From the NCBI GenBank assembly GCA_951406725.2, contig OX597837.1, positions 11,594,001 through 11,658,000 of the forward strand: a stretch of DNA of 64,000 nucleotides, given 5' to 3'. This document shows positions 1 to 13,849 of this stretch, in pieces. The notes beneath the pieces were generated by a model. The model saw nothing but the letters and a program-made list of their open reading frames with translations. It searched no databases and had not been told where the DNA came from. The position numbers were made by a program, and so were the translations under genes. This DNA is from Octopus vulgaris. Its lineage: Eukaryota. The number at the start of each line of letters is the position of its first letter. Position 1 is the stretch's first letter.

Positions 1-327
1 TCTTTGGTTGTTTTTCTTATTGTTTTTTTTTTGTCTCTTCACGTGACTATTGCTTCTATTTTGTGATGCAGTGTGCTGTGTGCTTTAAAATGCTAGCATC
101 CAAACTGAGTTATAATTTTAGGGAGAAACGCATCTCAAAATCCGTACCTATGGGATTGCGTGATATGCTTGAAAAAAGATTTTTAGGGTGTACATTTTTA
201 TGAACTCATAAGCAACTACTGACCGGTTATATATACATATAAAGTTAATCCAAACAAGAAAGCACAAAAAAACACAACAACGCAAGGACGTGGAACAAAT
301 ATAGTATTATTGGACGCTCAGGAAAGA

Positions 328-407
<80 letters not shown>

Positions 408-560
408 TTTCAACAATTGAGGGTAAAATTAATTAATTATTAATCAATTTCACCAAGTATTCAGTATGTAAAGGGACCATTTAAGGCGAATTCAAAATAT
501 TACATTATATAAAATTACATTATATAAAATATTACGTTATATAAAATATTTACTAAGCCC

Positions 561-633
<73 letters not shown>

Positions 634-655
634 CACACACACATATATATATATA

Positions 656-834
656 CCGGAGTAAACACATAAATGTGAAACAAGGTGGAAAAAGAGTACT
701 CAAATACCAGTGGTAGAGTAATATGCTTTATTTAAAGCAGCAGAGAATTCAACAAAACCTGTTACTCAGAGTTTTACGTGAAACTCAGAGTAACAGGTTT
801 TGTTGAATTTTCTGCTGCTTTAAATAAAGTATAT
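656..834 (-). mobile_element. Penelope-like element end fragment in (TA)n, with fold-back inversion
   Basis: Flanked by (TA)n; 656-728 recurs at 2046-2119; contains hammerhead 3' half GAAAC-TCAGA-GTA; 721-834 is a palindrome. Confidence 0.55.
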
Positions 835-847
835 ATATATATATATT

Positions 848-984
848 TGGTCAAGACTATTGAAAAGTTGCAAGACGCAACGAAAATTTTAGGAAAATAA
901 AAATAAGAAATAAATGGAAATTATACCGGTGAGTGTGTTACATTATAAGGCACAAAAAGAAAATGACTCTCCCCAGACACAACA

Positions 985-985
<1 letters not shown>
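848..985. repeat. Dispersed repeat fragment between (TA)n tracts
   Basis: Reverse-complement copy at about 40768-40875 (ttgtgccttat...caatagtcttgac). Confidence 0.7.
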
Positions 986-1053
<68 letters not shown>

Positions 1054-1391
1054 TATACACATACACATACATGGATATTTATATATTACATATATACATG
1101 CATGCATACATTCATACATACATGCATACATACATACATACATACATACATACATACATACATACATACATACATACATACATACATACATACATGCATA
1201 CATACATGCATACATACATACACACACATGCATACATACATACATATACATACAACGTAATTAACTGTGCCTGAAAGATTGCTTGGAGATACATGTTATC
1301 TAAATCTGTCAATTTAATGTACCTTAATGCATGGAACTATTAGTAGCTCTTTTCTAATAGTTTATATGCGTATTTGAGTTTTGAGTGTATG

Positions 1392-1451
<60 letters not shown>

Positions 1452-1452
1452 C

Positions 1453-1530
<78 letters not shown>

Positions 1531-2045
1531 GAAGGCATTTATGTGTCTACTTGTGATTAAGGTCTCACATTTTCTGTCAACTTGTATTTGCCCCGCCGCC
1601 TGTTTTTATATGTGTGTATGCATATGCATTTGTGTACATGAGTTCGTGTGTATGCGTTTGTGTCTTTGTGTGAGTGTGTGTGGGCGTAGATAAACAAGAA
1701 ATGCGTGTGTCGAGTAGATAAGCTGGCAGCCTTTCTAAATATGAAGTCTGGAATCATTACTTTTAATGCTGAGAGTATTGATTCGAGATTTAATCAACGA
1801 CCGTTAATGGCAAATGTGTGGAGGAATTTCCGTAAAATTTGTTACTAAATTTTCTCATTAAGATTTATTAGACGTTATATATTTGAATGCATATAGGCGG
1901 CTATGTGTGTATGGGTGTGGGTGTGCGTATATATATATATATATATATATATACTGTATATATTTCTATGTATATATATATATATAACTGTATATATATC
2001 TATGTGCAATATATATATATATAAATCTTTATATATATATATATA

Positions 2046-2210
2046 CCGGAGTAAACACATAAATGTGAAACAAGGTGGAAAAAAGAGTACTCAAATACCA
2101 GTGGTAGAGTAATATGCTTACGAAACACAGTTCCGGGTTCAGTCCCACTCTGAGTTTCCTGTTGGCAAGTTCATCAGACAGTTGAACGGGCAACGACTCA
2201 GAGTAACAGA
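2046..2210 (-). mobile_element. Second Penelope-like end fragment, scrambled with SINE-A pieces; degenerate hammerhead
   Basis: 2046-2119 matches 656-728; minus strand 2147-2182 reads ctgt-CTGATGA-acttgccaacag-GAAAC-tcaga-gt. Confidence 0.5.
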
Positions 2211-2243
2211 TTTTGAGTGGATTTGGTAGACGGAAAGTATATA

Positions 2244-2284
<41 letters not shown>

Positions 2285-2285
2285 A

Positions 2286-2329
<44 letters not shown>

Positions 2330-2331
2330 TT

Positions 2332-2454
2332 GCAGGAGTGCTTACGAATCACTTGGTTCCGGGTTCGTCCCACTGCGTGGCACCTTTGGCAGGTGTCTTC
2401 GCTTAGCCCGGGCCGACCAATGCCTTGTGAGCATTTTGAAAGAAGCCTGTCGTA

Positions 2455-2490
<36 letters not shown>

Positions 2491-2700
2491 TATATGTATG
2501 TGTGTGTTTGTGTCTGTGTTTGTCCCTAGCATTGCTTGACCGATGCTGGTGTGTTTACGTCCCCGTCATTGCGGTTCGGCAAAAGAGACCGATAGAAGAA
2601 GTACTGGGCTTACAAAGAATAAGTCCCGGGGTCGATTTGCTCGACTATAGGCGGTGCTCCAGCATGGCCGCAGTCAAATGACTGAGACAAGTAAAAGAGA
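2332..2700 (+). mobile_element. SINE family A (tRNA-derived)
   Basis: Matches copies at 27600, 31325, 33787 and 62039: B-box-like ggttcagtccc, internal (TA/TG)n, tail gactgaaacaagtaaaagag. Confidence 0.85.
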
Positions 2701-2708
2701 GAGAGAGA

Positions 2709-2761
<53 letters not shown>

Positions 2762-2835
2762 GCATATATATATATATCAATCTTTATATATATATATATA
2801 TATATATACATAAAATATATATATCTTTATATAAT

Positions 2836-3225
2836 CTTTTACTCTTTTACTTGTTTCAGTCGTTTGACTGCGGTCATGCTGAAGCACCGCCTTTAACCGA
2901 GCAAATCGACCCCAGGATGTAAGCCTAGTACTTATTCTATCGTCCTCTTTTGCCGAACCGCTAAGGTACGGGGACGTAAACACACCAGCATCGGTTGTCA
3001 AGCAATGTTGGGGGGACAAACACAGACACACAAACACACACATATATACATATACATATATACGATGGGGTTCTTTCAGTATCCGTCTACCAAATCTACT
3101 CACAGGGCTTTGGTCGGCCCGAGGCTATAGTAGAAGACACTTACCCAAGGTACCACGCAGAGGGACTGAACCCGGAACCATGTGGTTGGTAAGCAAGCTA
3201 CTTAACACACTGCCACTCCTGCGCC
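2836..3225 (-). mobile_element. SINE family A
   Basis: Full-length reverse-complement copy. Confidence 0.9.
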
Positions 3226-3239
3226 TATCTATCTATCTA

Positions 3240-3319
<80 letters not shown>

Positions 3320-3612
3320 CATATATATATATACACACACACACACACATATATGTCACTTTCTCTCTATAAATATTTGTGCGGTGCATGTCTGTGTGTG
3401 TACTTATATATGTGTATATACAAATATATCAAAAACGCACTAGACAAAGAGAGAGTGGCAGAGAGACAGACAGACAGACAGAAAGACAGACGGAGAGATT
3501 GAGAGAGAGAAACAGAGATAGTGAGGGGCAAAAAAAACAAGAAGACTTGTGTATGCAAGCGTATATATTCTGCTAGTGTATGTATAAATTTAATTATTTC
3601 TACTCACACACA

Positions 3613-3733
<121 letters not shown>

Positions 3734-3959
3734 CAAACATGCATACATACACATATACTTGTGTATATATGTATGTTTGTATTTGTGTGTGTACATGTTT
3801 GTATGTATGTGTGTATGAAAGTACGCAGGCATGCACGCATAAGCAGATGAAATATATAAACATACGCTATAAATATGGATAGACTGATTACGAACATACA
3901 ATATTTCAAAAGCAATTAATTTCCTCGCATTTAGTCAAATATTTACTTAAGCACTCTCG

Positions 3960-4306
<347 letters not shown>

Positions 4307-4814
4307 GGGTGAGAGAGCAGTGCATGACATCAAAGTGACACCGGGGTAAAATGTACGAATCCCATTATACCCATCATGACTACCCCTCAGATAAGAGTAC
4401 ACCAGGCACATGCATAACAACCATATGTTCGCAACATGCTGATCTCATATCAAAATATACAGCGCATTACTTTGCAGGTGGGGCTCGCTTTGGATTTTCG
4501 TCAGGTCGAGTGGCCCATCTCTCTCAGAAGTTCCCTTAATAAGGGTTGTTTGAGGATGATGAATTATCCAAACCCCAAAGGTGAATTATCCAAACCCCAA
4601 AGAATTCCTCTCAAGACATGGCTATGATGCTCCCCCACTACTTCTGCTCGTGGTCAGAGATGCACATATCGTCAGCCACCAAGGGAATGCTCAACTGGTT
4701 AAGGTCAACCGACTGATACGCAAATCTGTGGTATTGAGCAGAATATTTGCTGTAGCCCATATTTTATATCGAGACAGAACAATGTACATGATAGCACTTC
4801 CAATCAGTTAAGAT
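4307..4814 (-). mobile_element. Family C TAA-associated non-coding retroposon, 5'-truncated
   Basis: Diverged reverse complement of about 20230-20746; 3' end abuts the ATT/ATC tract. Confidence 0.8.
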
Positions 4815-4845
4815 ATTTTTTTTTTAAATCCTCATTATTATTATT

Positions 4846-5060
4846 AAGGCGGCGAGCTGGCAGAAGCACGCTGGACGAAATGCATAGCATTATTTCGTCC
4901 GTCGCTACGTTGTGAGTTCAAATTTCGCCGAGGTCGACTTTGCCTTTCATCCTTTCGGGGTCGATTAAACAAGCACCAGTTACGCACTGGGGTCGATGTA
5001 ATCGACTTAATCCCTTCCCCCAAATTTGAGGCCTAGTACTTCCAGTAGAAAGGATTATTA
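4846..5060 (+). mobile_element. SINE family B (tRNA-like head ggcggcgagctggcagaa, core gcctttcatcctttcggggtcgat)
   Basis: About 15 related copies in the window; ATT/GTT tail. Confidence 0.88.
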
Positions 5061-5107
5061 TTGTTGTTGTTGTTGTTGTTGTTGCTGCTGATGCTGCTGT
5101 TGTTGTT

Positions 5108-5172
<65 letters not shown>

Positions 5173-5811
5173 ATTTGACTCTTGGAGTGCGAAGATGTCT
5201 TTCTGATTCTTCTTTACTGCGAAACACTTTCCAAGATCAAACTACGCCTACATAACAACCTTTTAGCACACAAGCGCTGAAGGGCGGCCAACCAAGAGAA
5301 ATTTTCGGCAGAAATGCGGACACTTTTTGACTTCTCCTCGTAAAAAGTGGGTGGGGGACAATAAAAACACAGAAATAAATGTACACGAGGAGGGGGAAAA
5401 GATATACTTTAACGATCAATTAATAGAAGAAAATGTCCAAAATATTCGAAAAAAATATTTGGAAGACGGCAACAGATAACAAAGACAATAGGAGAAAGTC
5501 TTACACAATTCCAGAAACTATGGCCCGTTCATATAACAGTTGTGTGAAGACAAACCATCTCTCAATGCTAAATGATCAGATAGAATTTTTACAACTATCA
5601 CAATTGCGAGAAATGAAATGTGGACGAGGGGAATTTTTAAATACCCAACAGGAACCTTTTTACATTTTCTCTAGCCACCAAATTTTTTTTCAAGTTTTCT
5701 AAACTAGTGTAGGTTTGCATGCTGATGGTGGAAATTCTATTTATTTTCGCTAAGAATTAATATTTCTTTCTTTTGGTAAATTCCTGCAATTCTGAGTGGA
5801 AGTGAGAGCCT

Positions 5812-6012
5812 ATTACATCGACCCCAGTGATCAACTAACACTAATTAAAATAACTAACTTATTAAAATAACTAACTAACGCTTATTTCAATTCGAAAGGA
5901 TGAAAGGCGAAGTCGACCTAGACGGCATTTGAACTCAGAACTTAAAGAGCCGGAAGACATATCCCTAAGCATTTACTCCGACACGCCAACTATTTTACCA
6001 GTTCGCCACCTT
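5812..6012 (-). mobile_element. SINE family B, diverged
   Basis: gaaaggatgaaaggcgaagtcgacc...ttgaactcagaac...gttcgccacc. Confidence 0.75.
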
Positions 6013-7006
6013 ACTCTAGAAATTAATAGCAAAATAAGTTACAGGCTTTTAAATTTATGTATTTTTAACCAAGCGTCCATTGCTGACAGACCGGATGTCA
6101 CGACTGTCTGTTTCCATAGGAACCGTATTAACATTATTACATTTTGTCTTATGTTTATATTATTCTGCTTTTGTATTCCTGCATGAAAGAACTGGTCATT
6201 GTCCATTCCTGTGTGATGAAGCCAAGAATCAGCAGTAGTACGGCTGTTGACTACAATAGTTATTTACATGAATGTGTGCAGAGCATTTGCTCCGTAACCC
6301 AAAAGCATCTCTTTGCCACAGGAAGTACCAGCTGAAAACGAAAAACAAAATTGAATAAGTACTAAACTTTAAAAATATAAACACGGGAGTTTTAGTAAAC
6401 CCATCGATGCAGTTCCCCCCCTACCCTAAGCATGGCCTCTGTTCAGTTATTAAAACAAGTCAAGAAAAAGGACAATGAAATCCCGCCTCAAGAAAATAAC
6501 GTAAACTACACAGAGGATGAAAGCCAGACAAGCAGTTAATAGATAAAATATTGCATTACCGATGCCACAGAATTTCAAAAGAAGTCATTTCGATGCATAA
6601 AGAATTAGGTTCGGAGTATAAACCGCATTCAAAAAGTAGACTGCTAGTAAAAATAAATAAATTAAGACATTACATTGAATTGAAAAAGAATAGAGGCAAA
6701 ATATTGGAGTGTTTGAATATCGAACACTTCGAAAAATGCCAAAGAGTGCATTCGGTTGCACTCAAACACAATTTGAAAAATGATTAAGAGGAAGAGGTCA
6801 TGAAGTATCCAATTCATCCTAAACAGTAAACTTTCATGTTTGGGGGGGTTTTCAATTTTATTTTATTGTATTCATTAGGTGTTTTATATCGTGTCTGCTT
6901 GAGTTATGTGCACTTTTAAAATTCAAATTAATTTCTTCCATATTTGCATAACTTCATTCACCACCAATACCATCCTCCTTTCTGCTATTTTAAAATACTC
7001 TACTTT

Positions 7007-7110
7007 ATCTTTTTTTATGTTTGCTTAACCCTCCCATCTGAGAGATACCTATTTTTCGCATCGCTTCGAGAACAAGCGACAGAGAAAGAGAAGGCCATGA
7101 GCGTCAGCAT
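7007..7110. repeat. About 100-bp dispersed repeat beside ATC/ATT tracts
   Basis: Second copy at about 10722-10820 (aaccc..atctga.agatacctatttttcg..tcgctt.gagaac.agcg.caga). Confidence 0.7.
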
Positions 7111-7121
7111 CATCACCGACG

Positions 7122-7179
<58 letters not shown>

Positions 7180-7213
7180 CATTATTATTATTATCATCAT
7201 CATCATCATCATC

Positions 7214-7290
<77 letters not shown>

Positions 7291-7353
7291 CATTATTATC
7301 ATCATAATCATCATCTATTATTATTATCATCATCATCATCATTATTATTATTA

Positions 7354-7395
<42 letters not shown>

Positions 7396-7560
7396 CATAT
7401 TATTATTATTATTATTATCATTACTATTATCATTATTATTATCATTATTATTATCATCATCATCATTATCATTATTATTATCATTATTATTATTATTATC
7501 ATTATTATTATTATCATCATTATCATCATCATCATCATCATCATTATTATTATTATTATT

Positions 7561-7781
7561 CAGTAGTTTTATTTTTATAGCGTGCTTTCACTTCACTACC
7601 GAGCGCAGCTCTGTGTGCCTTAGGTATGTGCTGTGATTTGTTGTGATGCTCTGATGGTTATTGTATGGAAAGTGTTCTGCGTAGGATGTGTGCAGTGCCT
7701 AGTAGTGCAATTTTCTGTATGTTATATATGTTTGTAAGTCCTGGTGTTTTTGTTATGTATTTGTCTGAATTTTTTTTTTCA

Positions 7782-7842
<61 letters not shown>

Positions 7843-8134
7843 CATTATTATTATCATTATTATTATTATCATCATTATCATCATCATCATCATCATCATT
7901 ATTATTATTATTATTCAGTAGTTTTATTTTTATAGCGTGCTTTCACTTCACTACCGAGCGCAGCTCTGTGTGCCTTAGGTATGTGCTGTGATTTGTTGTG
8001 ATGCTCTGATGGTTATTGTATGGAAAGTGTTCTGCGTAGGATGTGTGCAGTGCCTAGTAGTGCAATTTTCTGTATGTTATATATGTTTGTAAGTCCTGGT
8101 GTTTTTGTTATGTATTTGTCTGAATTTTTTTTCA

Positions 8135-8210
<76 letters not shown>

Positions 8211-8492
8211 CATTATTATTATTATCATCATTATCATCATCATCATCATCATCATTATTATTATTATTATTCAGTAGTTTTATTTTTATAGCGTGCTTTC
8301 ACTTCACTACCGAGCGCAGCTCTGTGTGCCTTAGGTATGTGCTGTGATTTGTTGTGATGCTCTGATGGTTATTGTATGGAAAGTGTTCTGCGTAGGATGT
8401 GTGCAGTGCCTAGTAGTGCAATTTTCTGTATGTTATATATGTTTGTAAGTCCTGGTGTTTTTGTTATGTATTTGTCTGAATATTTTTTTTCA

Positions 8493-8495
<3 letters not shown>
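7561..8495 (-). mobile_element. Three tandem 3'-end fragments of an R4/Dong-like RLE non-LTR retrotransposon (7561-7784, 7916-8137, 8272-8495)
   Basis: Minus strand encodes KKNSDKYITKTPGLTNIYNIQKIALLGTAHILRRTLSIQ*, then a short 3'UTR ending in (TAA)n; period 355-356 bp. Confidence 0.85.
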
Positions 8496-8562
<67 letters not shown>

Positions 8563-8580
8563 CATTATTATCATCATTAT

Positions 8581-8795
8581 GGAGCTAGCAGAATCGTTAG
8601 CACGCCGGGGAAAATGCTTAGCGGTATTTCGTCCGTCTTTACTTTCTGAGTTCAAATTCCACCGAGTTCGACTTTGCCTTTTATCCTTTCGGGGGTCGAT
8701 AAAATAAGTACCAGTTGGCCACTGGGGGGATGTCGATATAATCGACTTACCCCTCCCAGCAAAAAAGTTTTTGCCCTTGTGCCAGGATTTAAGAC
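8581..8795 (+). mobile_element. SINE family B
   Basis: Head gagctagcagaatcgttagcacgccggg and family core. Confidence 0.85.
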
Positions 8796-8892
8796 CATAA
8801 TTATTAACATCATCATTGTCATCATCATCATCATCGTCATCGTAACCAATAATATCATCGCTTTATGTTGTAGCAGCAACTGCAGCAGCTGC

Positions 8893-8965
<73 letters not shown>

Positions 8966-8968
8966 ATG

Positions 8969-9005
<37 letters not shown>

Positions 9006-9417
9006 CAGCAGCAGCAGCAGCAGCATTCATCATATGCGTTGTTTCTTTAATTACTTTTTTCTATGGTAGACAAATATTTCGATTAAATATTGAGCGATAG
9101 TTATGATTATTAGATCATGTGACTCACGTGATTTTTTTGTGGTATGCTTTCGTTTTTTTTTTCTTTCTTGTGTTTTCTTTTCATCTGTTGCTGGATGCAT
9201 TTCTAAGCAATTTTCTTAAATGCTCCCCCATAACTTCCCGTCCCCCACCCTTTCCCATTCCGCTAATTATTCGTTTATTTAATCATTTATTTATATTCCG
9301 AATCGTGTATAATTAGCTATTAGACTTTATGGTAATACCAGCGTCGTTTTGCGGGCTTTTTTTCTTTGTTTTTTACCTCTCCACAATTCGTATTGGTGGT
9401 ACAGCTTTTATATATAT

Positions 9418-9647
9418 TTCTTTATTGCCCACAAGGGGCTATACATAGAGAGGACAAACAAGCACAGACAAACGGATTAAGTCGATTACATCGACCCCAT
9501 TGCGTAACTGGTACTTAATTTATCGACCCCGAAAGGATGAAAGGCAAAGTCGATCTCGGCGGAATTTGAACTCAGAACGTAGCGACAGACGAAATACCGC
9601 TAAGCATTTCACCCGGCGCGCTACCGTGTCTGCTAGCTCGCCGCCTT
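9418..9647 (-). mobile_element. SINE family B (subtype with ccccttgtgggcaataaagaaa tail)
   Basis: Full-length reverse-complement copy. Confidence 0.88.
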
Positions 9648-9769
9648 CAGAGCTTTTATATATTTTAGTGGATGGTGGAGAGAAGGCACAGAGGGGTTAA
9701 ATCTTGACCCTACCTTGTTAGGAACACTTGATCTGTAAGACAAGAAGTTAGTTAATATATGGCGGTCCG

Positions 9770-9985
9770 AAGGCGGCGAGCTGGCAAAAACGTTAGCACA
9801 CCGGGCGAAATGCTTAGCGGTATTTCATCTGTCTTTACATTCTGAGTTCAAATTCTGCCGAGGTCGACTTTGCCTTTCATCCTTTCGGGGTCGATAAATT
9901 AAGTACCAATTGCGTACTGTGGTCGATCTAATCGACTGGCTCCTCCCCCAAATTTTCAGGCCTTGTGCCTATAGTATAAAGGATT
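9770..9985 (+). mobile_element. SINE family B
   Basis: Full-length; head-to-head with 9418-9647. Confidence 0.88.
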
Positions 9986-10002
9986 ATTGTTGTTGTTGTT
10001 GT

Positions 10003-10122
10003 TGTCTGTATTATCAGACAATTGCAAAAAAAAATTCTTTAAAAAAAATTTCAAAACTCTGCAAAAATCTGGCACAAATTCTTCATGGTTCAAAACGTTG
10101 CTTAATTTTTACTCGACCTAAT
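10003..10122 (-). mobile_element. Solo 5' end (TIR plus leader) of the mariner family at 25232
   Basis: Reverse complement of about 25232-25348; TIR ttaggtcgagtaaaaattaagcaacgtttt. Confidence 0.8.
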
Positions 10123-10501
10123 TATTTCAGTAAAATGCTATTTACCAATTACCATCTTTTGAATAAATCCGTGTTTTCTTTAATATTCTGCATTATTATT
10201 TTCATAGCAGCAGTAATATATTTTCGGTATTTTCTCGTCATTGTCTTCATATTTCTATTTTTCTTATTCTTTTCGTTTTTCCTTTTCATATTTCCATTTT
10301 CATTTTTCATTCCTGTTTGTTTTTGTTTTTGTTTTGTTTTTTGTTTTTTGCCTTTCGTATTTGCTGAGGCGAAATTAAAACCATAATTTAGAAAAACTAC
10401 TCGAGTCTAATGAATTTCAACGAAATTCAATAAAATTTGATGAAAAAAATAATGGAATAAATAATTTATGAGGACCCAATCACACTTTATTATTATTATT
10501 A

Positions 10502-10550
<49 letters not shown>

Positions 10551-10552
10551 TA

Positions 10553-10593
<41 letters not shown>

Positions 10594-10852
10594 ATCATTA
10601 CTACTACTATATCATTAATATTATCATTATTATTATTATTTTCGTCATCAACATCATCCTCATTACTATCCTCATCATCATCATCATCACCATTATTAGT
10701 TTTTTTTCCTCACCCTACTTTATCTTTTTCTTTTCTCTTAACCCTTCCGTCTGAAAGATACCTATTTTTCGTATCGCTTGGAGAACGAGCGGCAGAAAAA
10801 GAAAAGACCCTGATCTTCATCATCATCTTCGTCGACATTATTATCTTTTTTT

Positions 10853-11420
10853 TATGTTTGACTTTTGCTTTACATTTGTACAAGTTGACTCCCAAATCTC
10901 ACCCAGAGACCTCAAGAGACAACAAGTTGGAGTTCATGTTGGTGTTATGCCTAGGGTGCCATATATTTGGTTTTGTACATAGCATTGTCCTAGAGAATGT
11001 TTAGGAAACCACAAACTATTGTCCATGACCCGTCTTTTGATAGCTTCGAGCTCTACTTCTGTAAACCAAGAATTTTTTTTATTGCTCTATCTAGCTTGAT
11101 CACATAGTCTCTGTTCTCCAATGATGTTACATACGTTGTCGGTAACCCCTAATCTGCTCAGGTTGTAAACACTCCATGACCACAGCATTAAATTGTTTTC
11201 TCCATTTACGCCGTGTGTGGTGGACCCTTTCTGGATATCGACAGGCTGGAGCCGGGCCAGAATCTCTGAGCCTACCGGGTGTAACACTGTCACCATCATT
11301 GGCTTCAGTTTCATTACCACCGTTATTCACAATATTTTGTTTTTTCATTGTCACTCATATGCGGTAGCGATTATCAGGTTGCGCAATTACCAGTGTTTGT
11401 ATTGTGACAATAAATTTATT
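10853..11420 (-). mobile_element. Internally deleted R4/Dong-like element (ORF N-terminus fused to 3'UTR)
   Basis: Frameshifted RRKWRKQFNAVVMEC..GYRQRM..GEQRLCDQAR..WFTEVELEAIKRRV (about 11020-11354), followed by a 3'UTR homologous to about 19975-20112. Confidence 0.72.
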
Positions 11421-11423
11421 GTG

Positions 11424-11476
<53 letters not shown>

Positions 11477-11523
11477 TACTATTATTATCATTATCATTAT
11501 CATTATTATTATCATTATCATTG

Positions 11524-11628
<105 letters not shown>

Positions 11629-11638
11629 CATTATTATT

Positions 11639-11980
11639 GAGTGAGAGAGCAGTGCATGCCATCAAAGTGACACTGGGGTAAAATATACGAAGCCCAGTAT
11701 ACCCATCATGACTACCCGTCTGATAAGGGTACACCAGGCACATGCATCACAACCATATGTGCGCGACATGGTGATCTCACATCAAGATAAACAGCACATG
11801 ACCTTGCAGGTGGGCCCAGTTAGAATTTTCTTCTGGTCGAGTAACCCATCCCACTCAAAAGGTCCTTGAATAAGGGTTATTTAAGGATGTTAAATGAAAC
11901 ACCCATGTTTCCAGAGGTGAATTATTTAAACCCCAAATAATCCCTCTCAACACATGGCTATGATGCTCCCCCACTACTAC

Positions 11981-11981
<1 letters not shown>
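11639..11981 (-). mobile_element. Family C retroposon, 5'-truncated
   Basis: Reverse complement of about 20405-20746; (ATT)n on both sides. Confidence 0.85.
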
Positions 11982-12071
<90 letters not shown>

Positions 12072-12707
12072 CATCATTATTATTATTATATTAAGACCAG
12101 AGTATACATATATAATAACTATTTCAATATTTCCATTCAATATTTTCACACTCGTATTTGATTCTATTTTACACTATTCTGCATTCGCAATAATTCGTTA
12201 TATTTTTATACACAATAATTTTACGCTATTTTACATTCACACAACATTTTTAACATTATAGATTTTTTTTTCTTTCATCATTATTACATTTCTTTTGCAC
12301 TGATTTCATTTTACTCTATTTCGTCGTATTATATTTTTACTGACTGAATTTCAACAGTATCTTACCGTCTGTTGCTTTACTTTATTATTACACCGACTGG
12401 CCAATAGAGTTATCATTGTGAGTGCCACGTTTCTAACAAGAATCGATTTCTTTGTACTTTTAAGTCCATCGTGTATTGATGAGCCAGAAACGGCAACGAT
12501 TCGGTATTTTGTGTTCTTGCCTTCTGTTTTAAAGAGATCTGTATATGTTGTTTTAGTTACGAGAGGAGAATTAAAAGGGTGTCCAACGCCTTTCTGTAAA
12601 TTGGTCATGTATTTTAAGTTCACAAAACCTGAGTTCAAAGTGTTGCCTTTTCTTCCGTTGTGAAAGGTTTTGTAGAAACCGGTTCGAAAGCCAGTTTCTG
12701 ATATTTT

Positions 12708-13090
12708 GGGAGGAGGGGAGGGGAGGAGGGAAGGGGGGATTAGAAAGAGGAGGGGAGGAAGAAGAGGAGGAAGGGAGGAAGAAGAGACGAAGGGAGGAAG
12801 AAGAATAGGAGGAGAGGAAGAAGAGGAGGAGGGGATCAAGTAGAGGAGGAGGGGAGGGAGAAGTGGAGGAGAGGAAGAAGAGGAAGAGAGGAAGAAGAGG
12901 AGGAGGGGGAAAGGGGAGAAGGGGAGAAGAGGAGGAGGGGAGGAAGATGAGGAGGAGGGGAGGAAGATGAGGAGGAGGGGAGGAAGAAGATGAAGAAGGG
13001 GAGGAAGAAGAGGAAGAGGTGAGGAAGAAGAGGAAGAGGTGAGGAAGAAGAGGAGGAGGGAGGAGGGGAGGAGGCGGAGAAGGTAGGAGG
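12708..13090. repeat. Polypurine (GGA/GAA) low-complexity tract
   Basis: Direct reading. Confidence 0.9.
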
Positions 13091-13117
13091 ATGTTGTTGC
13101 TCCACATCTTAACCACT

Positions 13118-13270
13118 AGGCACATTGCCTATTAGTTAAGATGTTAGGCGCACGGTTACAAGGTCGCGGGTTCGATTCCTGCCGGGAGGAGCGGGCAGTG
13201 TGTGTGTGTGGTATTCTTGAGCAAAACGCTTCGTTCCATCTTACTCTAATCAGCTCACCTGAAAATGAGT
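13118..13270 (+). mobile_element. Old tRNA-headed SINE (family F-like) 5' part
   Basis: ggttcgattcc B-box followed by ttcttgagcaaaacgctt. Confidence 0.55.
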
Positions 13271-13849
13271 GCCAGCAGCATTCTTGGGTTTCAGCCCCCC
13301 TCCAGCTTCCACCCCCATCAATGTTCCACTGAATAAAGGGCTGGGAATGGCTAAGATGATATCCATTTCTGCTTGCTACGATACAGATACCTAAAACAGT
13401 TTGCGAAAGCTCGGCACACTTGCCAGTCGGCCATATTCGCTGGCGGACGTCGACTGTTTTTTTTCTTTGTTGTTTGCCTCAGCGACAGACGTGATTGAGC
13501 AGACAGCAGACCTATGATCAAAAGCGTTGCATTCGTGACCATCTCAGTCGAATGTGTGCGTGTGTATTTGTATATTTATTTTCTTGTGTCTTTGTGTTCC
13601 GTTTCTTTATTGTGTTTGTGTGTGTGTATGTGTGCGTGTGAATGTGTGTGTGTGTGTGTTTGTCTAGTCTTTATACCAGTATGTGAAGTATATGTGTGCA
13701 TATGTGAGAGCAAAACAAGAGAGAGTGTGTATGTGTGAAAGAAGGAAAGGAAGGAAGGAAGAAAGACAGAAATAATAAAGAAAGAAGAAAGAAAGAAAGA
13801 AGGAAAGAAGGGAGAAATGCGTGTATCTAATTTATGTATCGTTATATTC

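Noticed and set aside
12351-12705. Non-repetitive minus-strand ORF segment (ISETGFRTGFYK..)
   Set aside because: No recognisable motif in any frame; could not be assigned to a gene or TE without a search.
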